Shown here: positions 56,894-64,000 of the stretch, piece after piece
Numbering within the stretch: the stretch's first letter is position 1
Layout: each line of letters begins with the position of its first letter
Assembly (NCBI GenBank): GCA_001600695.1
Contig: BCKQ01000001.1
Span: 2,028,615-2,092,614, forward strand
From: Ascoidea asiatica JCM 7603
Lineage: Eukaryota > Fungi > Ascomycota
Direction: 5' to 3'
Length of the DNA stretch: 64,000 nucleotides
Translations under genes and position numbers: made by a program
Notes under the pieces: generated by a model
What the model was told of the DNA's origin: nothing
Database searches by the model: none
The model's input: the letters and a program-made list of their open reading frames with translations, nothing else

Positions 56894-57617
56894 TCATTTT
56901 CTGGTTTACGGCTGGGTTTTTTTCATTGGAATTTTTTAATAGTTTTATTTACTGTGCCTGACAATATTTTCGGGGCTCTGGTCCTCATTCGGGAACAAAG
57001 ACGCGATTAAAAACATCATTTTTATTATCTTTATTGTCTTTATTGTCTTTATTGTAAATATCATTAGATAATTCTATAATTATTCAATACTTTTATTTCA
57101 AAAATCTTGAGAGTTTTGATTTTTTAACAAATTTTAGCATCTGTCATTATAACCATCAAGAAGTAAATATTTATTAGTCTATTTTATTTTTCTTTTCTTT
57201 TCTTTTCTTTAGTACCAATTCAACATTTATTCTATTTTAAAATTCACGTTCCTTAAAATTGGTACTCATTTAATTATAAAAAAAGAATCGCTAATTTGAA
57301 TAACTAAATCAAAATTTTCTGTTTCTGTTTTTTTTTTCTTATCTCTTATCTTCCAAACCACTTTTAAAACTCATTTCCCAATTCAATTCAAATGAAATTT
57401 TTTCTTCAATTTACTCATCATAATCATATAATCACTTCATTTCATATCTTCATTTCATATCTTCATTTCATATCTTTCTTTCAATTTTGTTATTTCCAGG
57501 AATGAAACACCCGAAAAACCCCCACAGAAATATTACGTAATCGCTCTGTCCTCGGTTCACTGAGCGGTATCAGCTATACTTCCGGTACACAAAGTACCCT
57601 ACATTTTTCTTTTCTTC

Positions 57618-57649
57618 ATAAACTGTAAATATAAATATTTACAGTTTAT
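57618..57649. repeat. Perfect 15-bp inverted repeat with 2-nt spacer
   Basis: ATAAACTGTAAATAT-AA-ATATTTACAGTTTAT. Confidence 0.85.
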
Positions 57650-57705
57650 ATTTATATATATCGGACTTTATTCCCAATTAGGAAATCGTATTCTATTCTA
57701 TTATA

Positions 57706-59923
57706 TCAACTTGTATTATTATTGACATTATTATTATTATTGGACTTTAAATCTATTAATTTTGTAAATCTACTAACAATTTCATTCACATAATTCTCAT
57801 CTTTAAATTCATTTCCTTTTAATGATAAAACTTTTAAAGATTTTTGTAAATTTAAACAATTTTTTAATTCTTCTAAATTATTAATTTCATTATGACCTAA
57901 ATTTAAATATTTTAATTCAATAAATTTATTTAAACTTTTTTTAATTGTTAAAATTTTATTATATCTTAAATTTAAAATTTTTAAATTTGGAAATAATTTA
58001 TCAATTCCTTCAATATTTCTTAATTTATTATGATGTAATGAAAGCCATTTTAATTTATTATTAATGTTTTTAATTTTTTTAAATTTAAAATTGTTTTATT
58101 ATCCGTTTCTTTATTTGATCCAGGATAATAAAATTTTATTAAATTATTTGATAAATCTATTTTTATTAAATTATTTAAATTATTTAAAATTATTGGAATT
58201 TTTGTTAATTTTGCAAATTGTATATATAAAATTTTTAAATTTTTTAAATTTTTTAACATTTCAAATTTCATATCATAATTTGTTGAATATAAATTATTAC
58301 TTAAATCTAAAAAATTTAAATTTATAAAATTCTCAATTGCTTTTAATGTTTTATATTGATAATCATTACTTGAAATATCAAGATATTTTAAATTATGATG
58401 ATTTAATTTTGTTAATCTTATATTATTTGTATTATATTCATTACCTGAAATATTTAAATTTTTTAAAAATGGTAATCTTGTTTTTGATATTAAAATTTCT
58501 GAAAGTGGAATTGTAAATCTATTTTTTAAATTTTTTGTTAAATCTATAATTCTTAATGAATTTATATTATCAATTTCAATTTTATTTAATTGATTTGAAT
58601 ATTTAATTCTACTAAATTCAAAAAAACAAAATATTAAATTTTTTGAAAATTTTAAAAATTCCTTATTTTTATAATAAAATTTATCTTCAATTGAAAAAAA
58701 ACTAATAATAAATAAATTATTAAAATTAAGATAATTTAAATTATTTAAAAAATTTTTATGATTTATATATTTATTTTCAATTATTATTTTATTATAATTA
58801 TTATAATTATTATTATTTGGTAAATCAATTATTACTAATACATTTTTATATAAAATTTTAATTGATTGATTTTTAATTAATGAATAATCTGATAATGTTA
58901 ATAATAAAATTTTTGATAATGAAATTGATTTTAAAATTTTTTTAATTATAATTGGTATATTAATTATTTTTTTAAATAAAATTTTATTATTATGAATTTT
59001 ATTTGAATTTTTAAATTTTTTAAAAATTTTATTATTATTAATACCTGGTTTAATTTCTTTAAAATCAAAAGATTGTTTTCTTTTTTTAGTTATTGAAATT
59101 GAAATTGGTTTTAAATTAATATTCAGATTTTTTTCTAATCTTTTTTTAATAATTTTTACAATAAATTTATCATTTTCTTTATTATTAATATCATTTTGAT
59201 TTTCACTTTCAACTGAATAATTATTTATTATCTTTTTGTTATTTAAAATGTTATCATTATATCTAATAGTATTATTGTTTGAATGTTCACTTAATTTTTC
59301 ATTTAATTTTTCATTTAATTTTTCATTTAACTTTTCATTTAACTTTTCATTTATATTATCATTTAAGGTTTCTCTTGAATTCTTTATTGGATTAGTTAAT
59401 GGATTAGTTAATTGATTAGTTATTGAATTGGGTGATGGATCAATTATAGGATCTATTATTGGAGTAATTTTAGGATTACTTTTAGTATTACTTTTAGGAT
59501 TACTTTTAGTATTACTTTTAGGATTACTTTTAGAATTAATTATTGAATTATTATTTTGATTTATGGTTTTATTTATAGAAGAAACTTTAGGATTATTTAA
59601 AGAAGAACTAGATCTTGAAGAATTATTTGGAATATTATGAGGAATTGAATTGAGAAAATGATTTTGATTATCATTTTGATTATTCACTTCTCGAGGATTA
59701 ACTTGAGAAGTATATTGAGAATTAGAATGAGAATTAGATTGAGAATTAGAATTAAGACTGGACTGGGGAATTGATTGAGGAATTGATTGAGGAATTGATT
59801 GAGGAATTGATTGAGGAATTGATTGAGGAATTGATTGAGGATTGAAATGAGAATTCAGTTCATTATTAGGAACCCTTTTATTGTCATTGTGAATAGTATG
59901 ATTACTATTATTGTTAATGTTAA

Positions 59924-59972
<49 letters not shown>

Positions 59973-60218
59973 TTTTGAAGCTTCTTCGAAAGTTTTTTCA
60001 ATTGAGAATATTTTATTTTTAACAGAATTAAAAGAAGTATTAGTTATGGTAATATCTTTTGTTAAATTTTGATAAGATTCAGAAATTGATTGCATTTTTG
60101 AAGTTAATTCAAAAAATTGAGAATTTATTGAATAAACTTCATTATTAATTTGATTTAAACAATTTAAAATTTCATTCATTGAATTTTTAAAATTTTTATT
60201 TATAAATGAAGATTCCAT
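57706..60218 (-). CDS. Leucine-rich-repeat protein with N-terminal coiled-coil and low-complexity region, interrupted by a frameshift at about 58053-58095 (possible pseudogene or assembly error)
   Basis: LRRs (LKNLNISGN, LKYLDISSN, LNFLDLSNN, LIKIDLSNN) in 58050-60218. LRRs resume in the -1 frame (LKWLSLHHN, LKILNLRYN, LKYLNLGHN, LKVLSLKGN) and run to TGA at 57706-57708. Confidence 0.75.
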
Positions 60219-60456
60219 AATATTAAGAAAATACTAATTTTGATAATGATCTTTCTTAAAGCTTCAAATGATTTATTATGAATCTGGTAATACTTCTTCT
60301 TCTTCTTCTTCTTCTACTTCAAGTGGTACATGTTCTGGTTGATATATTTCTTTATATTTCTTTATATTTCTTTATATTCTTTTGTCTGTTTACTTTTTTA
60401 ATCTTTGTTTTTTTTGATTTCAGAATAAAAACAATAAAAAAACATCAAAAAAAGAA

Positions 60457-60529
60457 TGGACGAGTCCGGAGTCGAACCGGAGACCTTCTGCACGCTAAGC
60501 AGACGCGCTACCAACTACGCCACACGCCC
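60457..60529 (-). tRNA. tRNA-Ala (AGC), identical to the copy at 48604-48676
   Basis: Reverse complement is 73/73 identical to the + strand copy and is followed by TTCTTTTTTT on the minus strand. Confidence 0.97.
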
Positions 60530-60624
60530 ATCTGATGTTGTTAAGTTGGTGTTTTTGTTAATTTGACTACCGAGGGTAAACTGGGCGGTGTAATGCTTCA
60601 TTTTATTCAAGTGTGGCTCGAACG

Positions 60625-60671
60625 TGGCTTATCCCATCTGGCTTATCCCATCTGGCTTATCTCATCTGGCT
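60625..60671. repeat. 14-bp tandem repeat TGGCTTATCYCATC x3, each unit containing a GATAAG site
   Basis: Read directly. CTTATC is the reverse complement of GATAAG. Confidence 0.8.
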
Positions 60672-60912
60672 ACTGTGGTGTGGTGTTTCGAGTGTCTGCG
60701 GTGACTGAAAAAAGTGTAACGTTGAAGAAAGTGAAATTGGAAATTGACAAAAAAAAAGAAGGTGTAATTATTGACTGAGTAAAAATACCAATTCAGAATT
60801 ATCAACAGAAACTAAAGAATAGATATAATAGATCAATTACTATCAGCTTATCATTATCATTATCATTATCATTATCATTATCATTATAATCATTTATAAA
60901 TAACACAAAGCA

Positions 60913-61176
60913 ATGTCAAGTCCTGCTCAATTTCATGCTCTTTTACAAGAATGGACAAATTCTGCAGATTTTGAAGAAAATATATCTTTAAATAATCAAA
61001 AATCATTTTCAATATTTTATTTTATTTTATCTTTAATTTTTATCTTTTTATGTTTATTTACTGATAAATCAAAGACTTCTTCAACTTTTAATTATATAAT
61101 ATATTCAATTTTTGCAAGTATATTTTTTGGTTTTGGTACTGTTTTATTATCTGATTCTGTTGGCGTTTATGTTTAA
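60913..61176 (+). CDS. OST5: Oligosaccharyltransferase subunit Ost5 (TMEM258 family)
   Basis: 87 aa, two TMs, C-terminal ASIFFGFGTVLLSDSVGVYV typical of Ost5/TMEM258. Confidence 0.88.
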   Translation: MSSPAQFHALLQEWTNSADFEENISLNNQKSFSIFYFILSLIFIFLCLFTDKSKTSSTFNYIIYSIFASIFFGFGTVLLSDSVGVYV

Positions 61177-61280
61177 AATTTTATTAAATTATATATATAT
61201 ATATATCTCATATATATATCTCATATATATATCTCATATATATATCTCATATATATTATTATTACTATTATTTAATATTA

Positions 61281-62016
61281 TTATCCAAATATTTCATAAC
61301 TATTAAATGGTTTAATTAAAATTAATTTATATCCACAAATAAACATAACTATACCTTCTTCATTAATTGTACCACATTTAATCTCTTTACTTGGTAATAT
61401 TAATCTTATCTGATTAAGATTATGATTTATATTATCTTTTTTAATATTCCTCTTATTATTCCTCTTCTTATTCTTTTCTTTATCTTTATCTTTATCTTTA
61501 TCTTTATTATCATTCATAACAGATATCATTTTATTATTATTATCTTTAACATTAACATTATCTTTATGATCAATACTATTATCAATATTATTATCAATAT
61601 TATTATCATTATCATTAATAACTTCAAATTGATTTTCACTTAAATCATAAAAAAAACAATTTTTCATTGATAAATTTCCAATTAATAAATTTCTTTTATT
61701 ATTTGATAAACTTGAACATAAAAAAAAACTATTATCATTATTATTATTTAAATTTAAATTTGAATTTGAATTTGAATTTGAATTTGAAAAACCTTTTAAT
61801 TGTTCAATTTTTATTGGTATATTATATCCTGCTCCACCTTTAATTAATGAATTATTAAATTTTAATTTAATTTTATTCTCTTTTTCAAATCCAAATATTT
61901 TATAAATACCATTTTTAAATAAAATTAAAATTTTATCTTTTGAAATTAAAAAAATTTCATTAATTAAAAAAATTTCATTATTATTATAACAATCCATTGG
62001 AAAAATTGTATAATTA

Positions 62017-62051
<35 letters not shown>

Positions 62052-62885
62052 ATCATTATCATTAATATAATTTAAATTTCGAATTAAATTAGTTTCTTCA
62101 ATTATTAAAATTGAATTATCTTTAAATTTATTAAATTTTATCTTTAATCCATTATTTTTTAATTTAAATAATTTTATTGGTTTAATTAATGAAATTTTAT
62201 AATCAAAAATTAAAACTTCTTTATTATCTGTAATTAATCCAATTAATCCATCTTCATTTTCTTTTAAATCAATTGAATTTACACTTTTCTTATTTCCAAT
62301 ATTTATAGTTAAATATTCTAATTTATCTTCATTAATATTATTATTAATATTATTATTATTATTATTATTATTATTATCATTATTATCACTATCATTACTA
62401 TTTAAAAATGAATAATAATTTGAATGATTAATTAAAAAAATTAAATTTGAAGTAAATGAAGCTAAAACTATAAATTTAGAATTAATTCTAATTAAATCAA
62501 TTGAATAATTTTCTTTAATTTTAAAATTTTTACTTAAAAATATTTTTTCTTTTTGAAAATTTGATGATAATGAATTAATAATTAAATTTTTCTCTTTTAA
62601 AGATTTTTTATTTAAATCATTAGATTTATTTGAATTATTTGAATTATATGAAGGATATAAAGGTGATAAAATTGTTAAATTTTCTTCAGATCCTAAAGCA
62701 ATTATATCATTATAACAATCCATACAATTGATTATTTCATTTAATTGAAAAGAAATTGAAATTGAATCATTTGTATTATCAATTAAATCTCCAAAAATTT
62801 CTGGTATTAAAACATCAGATTTTTTCACTTTAAGTTGATTCAAACTTGAAGAACTTGAAGAGACTTTCGAATGAATTAATTTCAT
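61281..62885 (-). CDS. Divergent WD40/beta-propeller protein, tentatively nucleoporin Nup37-like
   Basis: 534-aa ORF with beta-strand repeats (IALGSEENLTIL, SVNSIDL, LITDNKEVLIFD, ILIIEETNLIR, KGGAGY) interrupted by Asn runs. Family assignment is from memory of motif order only. Confidence 0.5.
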
Positions 62886-63417
62886 ATTTTCTTTTGAATA
62901 CTACTTTTAAATAATACTCTTTCACTAATTCTATTTGATTATTCTATGATTAAAGTTATAATATTATATTTAAATGCTAATAACTTCTTGTTGGTTATTC
63001 TCAATTACTGATTGTATTTATTTATTTGTTTTCAAATTCATCTTTCAAAAAGATTGTTTATAAACTGAAAAAATTCAAAACTGAACCTGGAACAAGAAGT
63101 ACCGCAAAACCGGCGTCGCTTTAAATTTTTTATAACTTTTTGTGACCAGTTTTATTGATTATTTTTCAATTAAAATAAATATTCGTTTGAAGTTGAAAGA
63201 ATTTAAAATCAATTGGTCTACAAATATGAAAATGAAAGTGGGTTATTGTTTCAATGAGAATAAAAAAAGAAATATCTATGAAAAAAGAATAAGAAATGAT
63301 TGAAATGAAAAAAAAAAATAAATAAAAAAAAAAGAACATTAATAGTGAAACTGACATTAGAGATATAGACATTATAGAAATAAAAATTTAGAAAATATAC
63401 TGTATTGTAGAATATTA

Positions 63418-63999
63418 TTATATTCCACCAATTTTAGTTAATGGTTTTTGTTTTTTTCTTTCATTCCAATGTAAAGTTTCACTTAATCTTTTAAACCAAA
63501 TTAAATTTGAATTACCATTTTTAATAAAAGGTAATGGATATCTACTTGCAGTTATTGTAACTAAATCACCTCTTTTTAATTCAATTCTATTTTTACCATC
63601 AAATGAACACCAAACTGTTGTTCTTGAATTATAAGGTACACCAACTCTTAAAATTATTGATTCTGGAATTACCAAAGGTCTAAAAGATAAAGTATGTGGA
63701 CAAATTGGAGATATTAAAATTCCAGGAATTTCAGGATGAACTAAAGAACCACCTGCAGATAATGAATAAGCAGTTGAACCAGATGGAGTTGCAATCACAC
63801 AACCATCAGCTTCAATTGAAGTTATTTTTTCAAAATCACCATATAAATCAATTGAAGTCATTGTTGAATTTGGACCTCTATCAATGACAATATCATTAAA
63901 TACAGTAAAAGTTTCAAAAACTGAATGAGTTAAAGAAAGACTACAAATATCTTTATTAATATTTTTTTTATAAGTACTTTTTGAAATTTCTTCAGATAA
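63418..63999 (-). CDS. NAD(H) kinase C-terminal part (Utr1/Yef1 type); 5' end lies beyond the window
   Basis: Frame is open to the window edge: VFNDIVIDRGP, ADGCVIATPSGSTAYSLSAGGSLVHP, PICPHTLSFRP, SFDG, LHWNERKKQK. Confidence 0.92.
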   Translation of the reverse strand, partial: LSEEISKSTYKKNINKDICSLSLTHSVFETFTVFNDIVIDRGPNSTMTSIDLYGDFEKITSIEADGCVIATPSGSTAYSLSAGGSLVHPEIPGILISPICPHTLSFRPLVIPESIILRVGVPYNSRTTVWCSFDGKNRIELKRGDLVTITASRYPLPFIKNGNSNLIWFKRLSETLHWNERKKQKPLTKIGGI

Positions 64000-64000
64000 A

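Overview
Very AT-rich, apparently intron-free segment of a budding-yeast (Saccharomycotina) chromosome from outside the Saccharomycetaceae. It carries glucosylceramide synthase, a Cu-only GPI-SOD, POX18, a MARCH5-like ligase and an unclustered DAL1. The poly-Asn-laden proteins and LRR gene recall Ascoidea-type yeasts, but that is only a guess. I find 26 protein genes (SOD4/5/6-like, Bem46, RCN1, YMR226C-like SDR, MARCH5-like, GPN3, TUP1, STF2, PPZ1, a DnaJ, ATG32, RSC1/2, SUA5, a Zn2Cys6 TF, YLF1, DSF2, DAL1, GCS1, POX18, GDH2, an LRR protein, OST5, a Nup37-like WD protein, a partial NAD kinase and two small orphans) and three tRNA genes (Asn-GTT and two identical Ala-AGC). No mobile elements or CRISPR arrays are visible. 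The best leads are: (i) a 109-aa GPI-type protein made almost only of Ctr1-like Met motifs, with a perfect Mac1 copper-response element upstream, a candidate cell-surface copper-capture factor; (ii) a 114-aa Cys-rich metallothionein-like protein fused to a selected (G)KTE(V/I) pentapeptide array; (iii) tRNA-Ala(AGC) genes with genomic G37 instead of the A37 normally edited by Tad1; (iv) an LRR gene that continues for about 115 codons in the -1 frame past its apparent stop; (v) an Rsc1/2 AT-hook changed from RGRP to RRRP; (vi) GC-rich promoter islands built from slippage-amplified motifs, including a 7-unit step-type HSE ahead of the DnaJ gene. All calls were made by eye; no searches were run.
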